Below, piece after piece: positions 35,893 to 49,146 of a stretch of 64,000 bases of DNA. Positions within the stretch are counted from its first letter, which is position 1. The number at the start of each line of letters is the position of its first letter. The DNA comes from the human T2T-CHM13v2.0 reference genome, Homo sapiens, in NCBI RefSeq assembly GCF_009914755.1, contig NC_060925.1; one strand, given 5' to 3'. A program made the translations under genes and the position numbers. A model generated the notes under the pieces. That model was not told the origin of the DNA. It was given only the letters and a program-made list of their open reading frames with translations, and did not search any database.

Positions 35893-37804
35893 TAAAATAA
35901 TCTTTTAACGTAAAATAAAATTCCTTTCGAACTAAAGGAGTTAGTTTACATGTAAACTACACATCAACTCACTACACAAAATGTTTTCACATATAGTTGA
36001 TCACAATCTATTAAGACTACCCTCTCAGTCCACACGTCCCTTATAGCTGACAGAATTACTGCAGTTGTACTATTTTCAGCCTTTCTACATACAGAGTAAC
36101 TCACTTTTAACTTAAATTCTGACATAGTTATAAAATCATTAAACAAGTAACTTCAATTTGTGTATCCTGGATCCCAAGCATACAAAGAGAATGGAAAAAG
36201 GAGATAAAGGTGTACTTATGTATTTAGGTTTAAATAACATAAGTTTATTTTCTCACAGTTCTACAAGCTGAAAGTCTGAGATCAGGATGCCAGCATGGTC
36301 TGGTACTGATGAGGGCTCTCTTCCTGGGTCAGTTTCGTTTTTAACATCTAAGAGGATTGTTCACCACATCTCTGTTAGTGATAATAAAACAGCTGCATTT
36401 TCCTCATCCTATTCTTTGCTCTAAAAGCCATAATCAGCCAGACCTAACTAATTAACTACAGTAATAGTGAAAAATCTTAGTAATATAATCTGCTGCTTAT
36501 TAGTCCCAACCTATTTTATTACTCCTTTTCTTTATGTATGTTTTAACGGAACAGATGAAGTTTTGGATTAAATTCCAAAAATGTTATGTATATGATTCTA
36601 GTATTTCTATTTTAATGGGAAAATGTTTTCCTTCATAGTGGCGAAGAAACTCCAACAGAAAAGTTCAACATTTTCCCATGATCCTCACTCCTCTGCATTC
36701 CTCTTCCTCCTGTACCCCCAAGTCAAGGCACACTACTCTTCACAAAACAGCAGACCATGGTTTCTTTCTACTGCATATCATTGAGACTCTTCTTGATGAA
36801 AACAAGCATAAGCAAGGACATAGGATCAAAGGGCAGGGTAACGGCAAAAAGGAGAAAATCCCAAAAAGACCAGAGAAAGTGGAAACAGGAGCTTGGTTGT
36901 ATCAGTGGCTACAATTACATTTCTGTTTTTCTCCTGTATGACTTCATTTTTCCCTTATGGTTCCTTTTTTAAAGTAGTTGCATAAACAGCGGCCAGATAA
37001 GCATGTTTGAAGTAGAAATTCAGGGGAAAACAAAGCCTACACTGAATGGGCCACAGACTATCATGTATCATCTGATTACCATGCCCTGACATAAAGAGCA
37101 TGCAATATACATGATGTAAATAAAAAAGAACATCAGATTCTTAGTCAGAAAACCTGAATTTAAGTCCTAATATGCTGCAGAATTTCCAACAAGTGAACTA
37201 ACTTTTCCTGAGTCCCACTTTTCTAATCTATAAAAAAAGGGATACAACCACCTGCCTACTGCTGTGAAAGTTGAAATGAGAAAAATACTACACATTTGCT
37301 GCATATAACTTTTAAAATCACTATGTTATGAAGGATAAAATTCTGAATTGAAGTCTCCCTCTGCAATCACATAAAAAAACCATATTCTGACATCTGTTAA
37401 CAGTATACTGACAGGCGCATAATTCAGGTGGATAAATACAAAAGTGGCTTTTAAGCCACTATCTGAAATAAACATTGTACAGTCACCTAATAAAAAGTTT
37501 TACACAGCCCAACCATAGAGTATGATTACTCACATATAAAGCTAGTGCTATTCACCCACTTTCAACAAAATATATGTATCAAATTGCAGTTCCAGCAGTG
37601 TGCTAAATAATCTACATCTCATTTAATGTTCTACCTATAACTAGCGTAGTTAAAAAAGAGCATGGGTTTGATATCTGAATGACTTAAGTTTGAACACCAG
37701 CCAGGGTTATAGTAAGTGGTAGACCTCTGCCAAGTCTGAGCTGAAAATCCCTCAAATGTAAATTAGGAATAACACTACTCACTTCACAGAATTAAGATTA
37801 TTGT

Positions 37805-38103
37805 GGCCAGGTGAGGTGGTTCAAGTCTGTAACCACAGTACTTTGGGAGGACAAGGCAGGAGGATCCCCTGAGCCGAGGAGTTCGAGATCAAATGATCAG
37901 CAAGACCCTGACTCTACAAAAAAAATTTTTTTTCATTTGGCCAAGTATGGTGGTGTGTGCCTACAGTCCCAGCTACTCGGAAGCTGAGATGGCAGGATAG
38001 CTTGAGTTCAGGAGGTGGAAGCTGCAGTGGGCCATGCTTACACCCTTGTACTCCAGCCAGGGCAACAAAGCAAGACCCTGTCTCCAAAAAAAAAAAAAAA
38101 AAT
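37805..38103 (+). mobile_element. AluJ
   Basis: Diverged dimer with A tail. Confidence 0.85.
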
Positions 38104-40214
38104 ACTCTGATTGTATCTGTATTGATCCTAATATGATGCCTAACACACTGTGGTTGGTTGCTCAATATACGGTGGGTGGTTATTTTGATTGCCTTCTCAT
38201 TTCCACAAAGCAAACACCCTTGTTTTTTAGGAATAAATTACATGTTCAAACACGATTACCAAAACCTCTTTCAGCCAAGAAGTACAATGAAAGGAATTCC
38301 TGAATATCATTTATAGATCCTGAAGTTGCGTCCCTAAAATTAATATAAGCAGATCAAATCCAAAGAGTTTAAAGGTCATCCCTCCTTCATCCTGTCCCTT
38401 ATTACCTGCTAATATGTACAGTTACGTGACTTAAAACCCCAACAACTAGAACTCTTGAGGAAGGAGGTAGCTATTTCCTAATAGCATCTCTATGAGAAGC
38501 ATTTGCTCTAAGAGCCAGGCTGTCTGCTGTCCCTTCTCTAAGGACAGGTGAAAGCAGGAAGACAAAAGAGAAAAGAGGTCTCAGCTTAACTTGGAAAGCT
38601 AAATTAACTAAGGAAAGCAGATCAAGAAAGATTTGGGACATCATCTTCTTCAAGAATCCAATTTAAGCTTATGTCCCAACTATATACTTTGGTCAGTCTT
38701 CACAGCCCTATTGTCTCAAACTAATTTCTTTCCTGCTCTGGAGCTCAGGACTTTATGTTCAGATGTGACAACTTCTTAAAGTTGTGCCCTGACAACTTTC
38801 TTAAAAATTTTATCAATGAAAATCTAGTGAAAGACCAACGCTGAAATTTCATCAGATCCCCCTTTTCCTTCCAGTTTAATATTATTCAACTGTTCCTTTT
38901 TAAGACTACAAGAAATTAAGACTTGTGCCTTCATCCAGCAATGAAGTGGCAATAGGTAAATTAGACTCCACATTGTATTTTTCCCCACAAAATGTTCACG
39001 TTTATAACTTTCTCACTGCCTATGTTCAGTCTTTCGGGCAGCCTGAGAATCACATGTAATGACTGTCAAAGTAGATGATCTGACACACACATACAGAAAA
39101 ACCACTAGTTAGAGTCAGCGTGTGTGTACAAACATGCAACTGTGATGCTCTCCCAGGTCAATCTCTCAAAACCCACAAAATCAGAGACTGATGGTGGAGG
39201 AGGGTGGCCTGGGAGCAGCCACAAAGAAAAGATCAAGATCTGAGAAGTAAAATGAAAAAGAGCTGCAAGAGAGTTGGTTAAGGACGAAAGAGTCTACTGT
39301 TTATCATGAGGGAGGAAAGAGGGAATAGACTAGGTAAGAAGTGAAGAAATCTGTGGAGGAAAAACCGCAATAGTAAAGAGAAAACAAAAAGATCTCACCA
39401 AATTGGGAGGATAAAACGAGCCCTCCTGCGCCAATTCCGTGTTGTTGTTTTGTTTTGTTTTGTTTTCCAGGAAGTTACAAAACAGTTTTCAACAGAAGGA
39501 TTACATTAACAAAGCAAATAAAGGAAACTGGTGCTAAAAATGTAGCCTACCTACACTGAGAGGCCTGAAGACGGAAATACTTCTTTCCCCTTTTTGTAAC
39601 GGGTTTCAAAACAGTAGGAACAGGGTGAGGGATAAGAGCTATAACAGGGGGAGGGGAGTAGCCAAGCTCTTCCTGAATACAGAGTCTTTCGACTAAATGC
39701 TTATTTTAAATGTACCTTTTTGCGGTCAGCCGGCAAATTCCTAACTGAACACAGCGTTTGACTCTCAATCGAAATGTGATGAGTGGTTCAGACACCATAG
39801 GAAATTTAACAGCTTATGCAAACACAAGGCAGATGCAGAACCAGGACTTGCTTTGGGTGGTACTCTAACACCCCTTCACTGGGTGGCTAAAACGCCACTA
39901 AGGTTTGAATTGTGACCAATAGTGGAATGGAAAAAAGAAAATAGGAAAGTTAAAGCGCCTACGTTGAGTCAAAAAACCATGCAATTAGCCGGAGAAGTTT
40001 GTGAACGGGCAGTAAGTGGAAAACAGTGGATACAAAGGGGCTAACTAGATAAACAGCTACTACAAATTCTGTCCGTCTTCCTTACGGGGAGCTACACAAG
40101 AAAGAGCGAGTCCCTTCTATATAGAGGAATGCTGCTTCTCAGCCTAGGCAGTTTCAGTCGCAGGCAGGGGCTGCCCGCCGAGAAGGGCCTGTCCAGCACA
40201 AACCCGCAGCACAC

Positions 40215-40223
40215 ACTTACTTT
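40215..40223 (-). other. EGLN1: 5' splice donor of EGLN1 intron 1 (AAA|GTAAGT, phase 0)
   Basis: Plus strand acttac|ttt at 40215-40223 reads AAA GTAAGT on minus, directly after codon K297. Confidence 0.95.
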
Positions 40224-41111
40224 CGTCCGGCCATTGATTTTGTAGCTGCCCAGCTTCCCGTTACAGTGGCGTATCAGGTCGTCCATGCTGCTCATGAGCA
40301 GCCCAATGGTTTCGCAGCCGGGCTCCTTGCCCTCGATCCAGGTGATCTTATCGCCTCGGATGTCCTTGGACGAGTCACTCTTCTGGCTGACCAGCTGCCC
40401 GTCCGTGAACTTCCCGGTGTCGTGCAGGGCGCGCACCTCGTCGCCGATCTGCTGTCCGGTCTCCTTGCCGAGGAAGTCGTCCACCACACAGATGCCGTGC
40501 TTGTTCATGCACGGCACGATGTACTCGAGCGCCAGCTTCAGCGCCGGCAGGGGCTTCGTCTGCCCGTTGGGCCGCAGGCCGCCGCCGGGGCTCAGCGCAT
40601 CCCCGGGCGTGTTGCTTGGGGGGTACAGGTTCGCCTTCTCCTGGAACAGCGATGAGCGGGCCGGCGGCTCCTCCTTGCCGGGCTCGGCTTCGGCAGCCAC
40701 CGCCGAGCCCTGGCCGCCGGCGGCCGCACGACACGGCGACGCGGCCGCCGCTGGGTCGGCCGGGGGCTTGGCCTTTACTTTTCCCTTGGCCGCGTCCCCG
40801 GAGGCGTTGTCCCGGCGCGCCGCTGCCTTCCTGGGCTCCCGGGCCCCGGCCCTGGGCGGCGGCACTGCAGCCGGCGGCGCGGGGCCGGAATGCTGGTGTG
40901 GGCCCACTCCGTGGCCGAGGGCGCCCTCGCTGCCCTGGCACACGAGCTTGTGCTTCTTCCAGTCCTGACGCTGGTGCTCCTTGCAGCAGTAGAAGGAGCT
41001 GCGGCAGCGGCTGCAGCGCAGCAGGTTCTCCATCTTCCCGCACAGCTCGCAGTACTGCCGGTCTCGCTCGCTCGGGCTCGGCCCGCCGGGCCCGCCGCTG
41101 TCATTGGCCAT
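40221..41111 (-). CDS. EGLN1: EGLN1/PHD2 coding exon 1 (aa 1-297): MYND zinc finger, linker and N-terminal part of the prolyl hydroxylase catalytic domain
   Basis: Translates as [26 protein letters not shown]...[26 protein letters not shown] (MYND)...[23 protein letters not shown]...[12 protein letters not shown]...[11 protein letters not shown] at 41111 is in GCCGCCATGG context; the exon is 891 nt and ends at a canonical donor. Confidence 0.98.
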
Positions 41112-41147
41112 GGCGGCGGCGGCGGCGGCGACGGCGACTGCGGCGGC
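41112..41147 (-). repeat. (GCC)n tract abutting the start codon
   Basis: GCCGCCGCAGTCGCCGTC(GCC)6 then ATG. Confidence 0.85.
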
Positions 41148-41518
41148 CGAGCAGGAGGGGTAGCGGCCGGACGGCCTCGCCCGAGGCTGGGGAGCGGGGA
41201 GAGAGATAGGGGCCGTTACTGCGCCATGCACCCGCTACCCTCGCCTCAGGGAGGCCGGCACCCCACGCCCTCGGCCCGGCCGCTTCCGAGTCCTAAGCTC
41301 CGGCGCAGCGCCGGCAGCCGCCTCAGCGCCTCATCGCCGCCGAGGGCTGAGAGAATAGGGCCTGTGCGGCGAATGGCAACCTGGGCTCAGGCGCGCGGGC
41401 CTGGGGAGCGCAAGACCGGCCCCCTCGGCCGCCGCCGCCGCCTCAGCGTCCCGGGCGGCCCGGCCCAGGCTGTGGAGGAGCGCAGGGCATACGGGCGCCA
41501 CTCGCTCTGCGCGCTCTG

Positions 41519-41524
41519 CACGTA
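41519..41524 (-). promoter_or_regulatory. Hypoxia response element (TACGTG)
   Basis: GTACGTGCAG on minus, ~410 bp upstream of the ATG inside the CpG island. EGLN1 is an established HIF feedback target with a promoter HRE. Confidence 0.8.
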
Positions 41525-41544
41525 CACCACGGCCCCGCGGCGAC

Positions 41545-41625
41545 CCGGGCGGGCGGCGCGCGAGGGCGGAGGGGGCGGAGGGAGGGCCGGGAGGGCCGGG
41601 GGGAGGGCCGAGGGGCGGGGGCTGC
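41545..41625 (+). promoter_or_regulatory. Sp/KLF GC-box cluster and G-quadruplex-capable tract
   Basis: Repeated GGGCGG, GGGAGGG and GGGGCGGGG with many G3+ runs just upstream of the HRE. Confidence 0.7.
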
Positions 41626-44600
41626 CTGCGCTCCTCCGCACTCGGCGGGGCCGGGCCTCGGCTTCTGCCTCGGAGGTGGGTCGCCCGCTTTCCCTCCGCC
41701 CGGGACCGGACTGGGACGCCGAGAGGCCGGTGCGCTACCTCAGCCCGCAGCGGCCTCCTCGGGGACGCCGAGGCGCAGGCCCGCGAGCGGCGGAAAGGCG
41801 TGGGGCAGCGCGGCAGCGCCTACACCTGCTGGAGGAGGGCGCCAGCCGCAAGCGGGTAGCGGAGCGAAGGCGGCGTAATCATGGCTGCTCTTCCTCCAGG
41901 CCGGCGCGGGGTGTGCGAGGCTCGCTCCAGTCAAGGTTGCAAGGTGGCTATTGCGATCCTCATTTTGCAGAGGAGGAAACGGAAATTCAGAGAAGTAAAG
42001 TAACTTGCCCAAGGTCACGCAAAACTGGGACTGAATCCAGGAATCAGGCTCCCAGATTCCAAGGCTGTTTTTTCCATTACACCATACAGCCTCTATTTCA
42101 AGAAGCCCTGAAATGGTTAAGAACAAAATAAGTATTACTATGGTGTTAATCCAATCTCTTGCGCCCCGTTTCGACCTAGTTTAAAGGTAATGAAATTTGA
42201 GGGTTTTAAAAAAAATCAAAAACTCATTTTTAAAACCTTTGAAATCCCGCCGAGTTCAAAACCCCATGAAGAAATTTTGGGCTACCAAGTTAAATGTAAT
42301 CAATGCTCATTCCAATATCCAATTTAAACTGATGGGATTATTCCTGAAAAGTGAATTTTGATGGTAAATGAGCAGTACTACATTAACGACTCTCACATTT
42401 ATTTTTAATAGAATCTGTGCTGCGCGGATGAATACAATTCTTTGTTTTACAGAGCATAAAAACCTTACCAGAAATAAGCCAAAGATGTTTCTTTCTGCTG
42501 CTATTTGTCTTAAGAATTAAAAGGTCTGTGATTTCGAGTTTATCAATCTTTATCGAACACTATGTGGAAAGTGGGGTGCTAGGCTTGTGTATCACTTGAG
42601 TATACTGTAACTTCAGTCCTTGAAATATAGCCTTCCAAACTTAAAAAGTTGTAATATGTATTTCAAAAGCAGGATATAAGGAATTATTGTAAACCATATT
42701 GTAGAAGTTTAAAAAGAGGCTTGAATCCAAAAATATAAAACCTCTTCATCAAATATACAGAATTTAAAACTGTTATAAAATCCTGCTGCATGCGTAAATG
42801 GCATTCTGGGGATCCAATCAAGTGAAAGAGGATGATAATTCCAATTAGCTTGTCCTTTGGGAAACTGAGATAAATATACTCACATCTTCAAATTTCAAAC
42901 CGAACTAAAAATCCAAGTTTCTGTAAAGAATTTAGACCTAGACCTGTCTTATGTGTATCCTACTTTCCCAGAGCTTTATTAAATACAGTAAAATGTCATT
43001 GTTGCAGACATTACTAATTAGGCTGTTCAACAAATGCATTGAGAGTCCTTGACAAACAAATGAATTAGTCATACTACACTCAGAGACACATAGTCCAATG
43101 CAGGAGGCAGGTATGTAAACAAGGACAATCCAGAGTTCAGAGTTTCCTAAAAGAGGGATGAATAGGATGGAATGGGAACACAGAAAAAGGAATTGCTAGC
43201 TCTGCCATTTGCACTAATAAAATCCAAGCAAATTAATTCAGAAATTCTTAAAATATAAAGGAGCTATCTCATGGCTTACGAAAATAAGCATTTAAAACAT
43301 TTTTCATACACATAAATTATGTAAAATGTAATTTAAATACAAGTAGAGTCTAATACTTCTTAGGCTTCCTTTTGCTATAGTAATTATACATGAGGCTTAA
43401 TTATTCACAAGAGCAGGAACTTTACTAGGAGGACTCATTCCACAAACACTTGATTCTTCCAACAATTTCTTTTAAATTTGCTATTTCAGTCTGTGGTGTG
43501 TCCACAAATTATTTACATCTCTATATGCTCTACTCATATATTTTCATTGAAGTTTACTTAAAAGAATAGATGTCCATATCAAAACCTTTATTAGCTTTCT
43601 TGTTCCAATTAAGTATACAAAATCACAAATTGAACATGTATATCCTAAATATACTTAATCCATCAAATAGAACACTTGCAACACTTTAATGAATACAACA
43701 GGAAAATATAAAATACTGATTTCAAATAGTTCCAAAGATCCTTGATTTCAGGATTTTCACCTATTCAGGCTTAATAATCTGAACTAATTCCAAATTAGTG
43801 AGTTTTCACCACACCATATGCTGGTGAACAATCTTGTCACCAACACGATTCTGGAACTCCAGTAGCATTGTCGCAGCCGCCACTTACTCAGATGTTATAG
43901 AGAGACTTCAAAATGTCATGCAAGTATTTATTTATTTATTTACTTATTTAAACTTTAACGGAAGGCAACACAAAGGAATTTATCTTATAAACACATGTGG
44001 TGCTTGCTGTTATGTGCCCAATCTGTGTTCTAAGCATTTTAAAAATATTAACCAATTTAATCATCATACAATGCTATGAAGTGGGTACTATTATTCTACC
44101 AATTTTACAGAAGGTGAAACAAATAGAGAGTGAGGCAATGAATGTCCCTCCCAATCCTTAATATTGTATGATTAGGAGCACTAGGTGGGTTAACTAATAC
44201 TCTGGGGCAAACAAAGCCTTGTGTCTCTCAAAGCCATTAATTATTACAAATGTTTTTCTGCCCCTAACCTAATCAAAAGCAACTGTTCTAGAAACTGAAG
44301 AATGAATTAAAGTAACAGTGCTTTCCTCTCCATATCATACCAACTTAGACAAAGCTAATTGACCACCTATTTGGCTTCCCTTTGCTCTTCTGGCAGTATT
44401 TAGTTAAGCTATAAAGAAGTAGCCACTGTGAACTGACAAGAACTAAAAGAGGCAAAGCTTATGTTAACTACAAGAACAGAATTGAAGGAGGAAATGAATT
44501 TAGAAACGACTGTGTTGACTCTTGAGGAAAGCCCACTGAACAACAATCTGCCTTCCAAGGAGTAGCCCTATTTCTCCTTTAAAAATGTTTTTAAAAACAC

Positions 44601-45269
44601 AACAGAGTATCTTTTCTGCTCAAGAAATCGAACATCTGATTGTTAACTAATGACCTCTTGTTTCCCCATCTGTGACAATCTTGTTTTAATAGGTTACAGA
44701 GAACAGAAAAATCACAAGTATAGCATAGGCATTCCACCAAGATAAACAGGAAGACAATCTTTGAGTTCTGGGAAAAGCAACTCAAAAATCTGAGCCATTT
44801 TCTAACTATAGTATTAGGACACACACAAGTAGGTGTCATTGGAAAACAGCACCTGCTTGTCTCTGTACTGGGGGTTCTGCCAGATGCACACGTGAGCTAT
44901 GTGCTTCTCCTTGTACATGGAGACAGCTGTACTTTCCACCAAGGTTGTTCCCTTATGAAAACAAAATAATTGAATAGATTTGCTATATATTGGGGCGATT
45001 TATCAGTCATCAAACTTTATCAGTTTATGATTGAAAAATTACCACCAATCCTGTTAAAATTGATCATCTCAGAAATATAACAAAAATTTATAATCATCTC
45101 TCATTATAGCGAATTTTTTAAATAAATGCTCAAAAACCTGGGATACTAAATAACGTGTCGATCTAATTTTTTTTCCTAACAAACATTACCTTAATGTTGA
45201 ACCAACTTTTGGGATAGTCACAATCAGTGACTTATACCAACCCAGGTTGGAGAAAGCTAAATAATTTTT

Positions 45270-47345
45270 CCTGTAACATTTTCTTGTGGGAAAAGTTAAA
45301 CATATGCAAAAAGAGAGATAATAGTATAATCAACCTCAGCCCTAATGAGTTCAACAGTTATCAGCTTCAACAATTATCAACATTTGTTGATAGACAATTC
45401 TTCCCTACCCTCCTCCCTACTATGTCCCCCACTTTTTTTGCTAAAGTATTATAAAGCATATCCCAACTTCAATATGCACATCTGATAAGAACTTTCAAAA
45501 ATCATATCCACCATGCCATTATCACACAAAATTAAGAAAAATCTCAATACTATCCATCATCCTCCAAGTATTAAATTTTTTTCGATTATATCAAAGATTC
45601 TGTTTACAGTTGCTTTATTCAATTCAAGATCTAAACAAGTCCATACATTGCACTTAGTTGTTTCTTCCTCCACCCCGCCCCACCTAATACCATCACAAAT
45701 TGTCATATTTCTTAAGTCCCTTTTACTCAATTTTACCAGCATCTCACCCTTCATACTATAGATTTACTGTAGAAACTAGGCCATTTGTACTACGGAATGT
45801 CCCATATTCTAGATTTAGCTGATTACTTCCTTGTGATATTACTCCTATTTCTGCAAATAGGTAGATTTAGGATTTTTATTAGATTGAGGTTCTATATTTT
45901 AGGTAAGCATACTTTGTGGTAGTTGCCGTGTATTTCCTATTACATCACATCATGAGGCACATATGTCTCATACTTGCATTTTAATGACGAAATATTGCTC
46001 ATGGGTTGAGGTGGTGTCAGCCTGATTCCTACATTACGTTTTTCATCAAACATCACCTGATTATTTTAGCATCCATTAATTGTGACTCAATCCAGTATTT
46101 CATTAGACGTTGCAAAATAATGAATTTCTAATTCTAACATTCCTCCTAAATTTATTAGCTGGAATTCTACCATAACATTTTTCATTAACTCTTTGGTTAT
46201 CCTGAAATATAGTTTGTAGATGAAAGATAGGGTCCACGTTTCTTTTCATTTATCAATTTTCAAAATAATGAGTTAGTGCTCTAGCAACTTCTAATGAGCT
46301 TTTTTAAAAAAATGATCATGAATATATGTATTTTCATATATTTGAAGTGCATTAATTATTCTTTTTGATGCTCAAATCGTCCCACTTTTGGCCAGTGAGA
46401 AATTATTTGAGTTGGTTCCTATGTATTGTAGATGTGGTCACATTAATCTTTGATAGTTTTCTTGCTTTCTGGCACAAAATGGCCCAAACTTATCTTGTGC
46501 ATTTTCTGCCCCTGACATGGAATCAGTCATTCCTCCAAAGAGCCTCAGTTCCTTTAAGTAGGAAATGGCAGTCAGAAACCATAATCAGGAGTACTCATTG
46601 CCACTGGGCTGTCATTACTTCTAAGTCTTTCTAATAGAGCTGGAAAATCGATAATTTTTTCAAGAGAAAAAAATCTTGAATTCATACTGATATTTCCAAT
46701 TCAAATGTAAGATTACAGAGTTTTAACTTAATTTCTTTGATTTTATATTTGTAATTTTTTTTTCTTGACAGGTTGAGCAGCCTTTATCCAAAATGCCTGG
46801 AACCAGATGTGTTTCAGATATTTTCAGATTTTGGAATATTTGCACATACGTAAAGCAATATCTTGGGGATGCAACCAAAATCTAAACACAAAATTCATTT
46901 ATGTTTCATATATACCTTATACACAAAACCTGAAAGTAATTTTATACAATATTTTCAATAATTTTGCACATGAAACCGTTTTGCCTGTGTTTTGATTACA
47001 ACTCATCACATGAGGTTAGATGTAGAATCTTCCACTTGAGGTGTCATGTTGGCCTCAAAAAGTTCCACATTTTGGAGCATTTCGGATTTTGAATTTCTGG
47101 ATGAGGGATGCTCAACCTGCACTAAAAATTTTGTTTCCTAATGACATTTACATAATTGCTTATCTGCTATATTCTAAAAAATAATTACGATAGTTTCACG
47201 ATACAATACCAATGTTGCTACTACCAATAAGACTAATTACTGAATGCAGTTTGATATTTTATGGCATTCTTTTTGTCTACATAATATATCCCATTAAGAA
47301 TGGATGGCCAAAATACTGTGTTTTAAAGTCATCTAATTCTTTTCT
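45270..47345 (-). mobile_element. Old L1MC/ME 3' region
   Basis: Degenerate L1M 3' UTR motifs (catacattgcacttagtt; ttctgcccctgacatggaatcagtcattcctccaaagagcc). Confidence 0.7.
46769..47119. mobile_element. Tigger4-type (TcMar) MITE
   Basis: Terminal inverted repeats CAGGTTGAGCA...TGCTCAACCTG. Confidence 0.88.
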
Positions 47346-47348
47346 CTG

Positions 47349-47996
<648 letters not shown>

Positions 47997-49146
47997 TTCC
48001 ACCCCTGGCCTCTCTCAAATCTCATGTCTTTTTCACATTTCAAAACCAATCATGCCTTCCCAACAGTCCCCGAAAGTCTTAACTCATTCCAGCATTAACT
48101 CAAAAGTGCAAGTCCAAAGTCTGAGACAAAGCAAGTCCCTTCTGCCTATGAGCCTGTAAAATCAAAAGCAAGTAGTTACTTCCAAGATGTAATGGGGATA
48201 CAGGCATTGGGTAAATATTCCTGCTCCAAATCGTATAAATTGGCCAAAACAAAGGGGCTCCACAGGCCCCATGCAAGTCCAAAACCCAGCAGGGCACTCA
48301 TTAAATCTTAAAGCTCCAAAATAATCTCCTTTGACTCCATGTCTCACATCCAGGGCACAGTGATGCAAAGGTTGGCTCCCAAGTCCTTGGGCAGCTCTGC
48401 CCCTGTGGTTCTGCAGGGTACAGCCCCTAGGGCTGCTTTCCTGGGCTGGCGTTGAGTGCCTGCAGCTTCTCCATGGATCTGGAGGACAGTGGCTGGTTGG
48501 TTTTTTTTTTTTTTTGAGATGGAGTCTCACTCTGTTGCCCATGCTGGAGTGCAATGGCATGATATTGGCTCACTGCAACCTCTACCTTCCAGGTTCAAGC
48601 AATTCTCCCTGCCTCAGCCTCCAGAGTAGGTGGGATTACAGGCACCCACCACCATGCCCAGCTAATTTTTCTATTTTTAGTAGAGCTGTGGTTTTGCCAT
48701 GTTGGCCAGGCTGGTCTCAAACTCCTGACCTCAGTTCATCTTCCCGCCTTGGCCTCCCAAAGTGCTGGGAATACAGGCATGAGCCACCACACTGGGCCAG
48801 CCCACTTCTTACAGCTCCAATAGGCAGTGCCCCAGTGGGGACTCTGTGGGAACTACAACCTCACATTTCCACTCCGTGTTTTCCTAGTAGAAGTTCTCCA
48901 TGAGGTCTCTGCCCCTGCAGCAGACTTCTGCTAGACATCCATGCATTTCCATACATCCTCTGAAACCTAGGTCAAGGCTTCCAAAGCTCAGCTCTTGTCT
49001 TCTGCATACCCACAAGCCCAACACCATGTGAAAGCCACCAAGGCTTGGGGCTTGCACCTTCTGAAGCAGTGACCCAAGCTGTATCTTGTCCTCTTTTAGC
49101 CACAGCTGGAGCTGGAGCACTTGGGATGCAGGGCACCATGTCCTGA

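Larger units (their letters stand above)
40100..41960. promoter_or_regulatory. EGLN1: CpG island and EGLN1 promoter
   Basis: Abrupt GC- and CpG-rich block over exon 1 and ~850 bp upstream of the ATG, against a CpG-depleted AT-rich background. Confidence 0.95.

Noticed and set aside
40092-40220. 42-codon read-through of the EGLN1 frame into intron 1
   Set aside because: There is a consensus donor at 40220, the tail does not resemble PHD2, and I saw no nearby poly(A) signal.
40890-42131. 413-aa plus-strand ORF and other ORFs overlapping exon 1 (40266-41641)
   Set aside because: Shadow frames of a GC-rich island with low-complexity R/G/P/A content and no domain. The 413-aa ORF starts antisense to EGLN1 codons and ends in MIR-like sequence.
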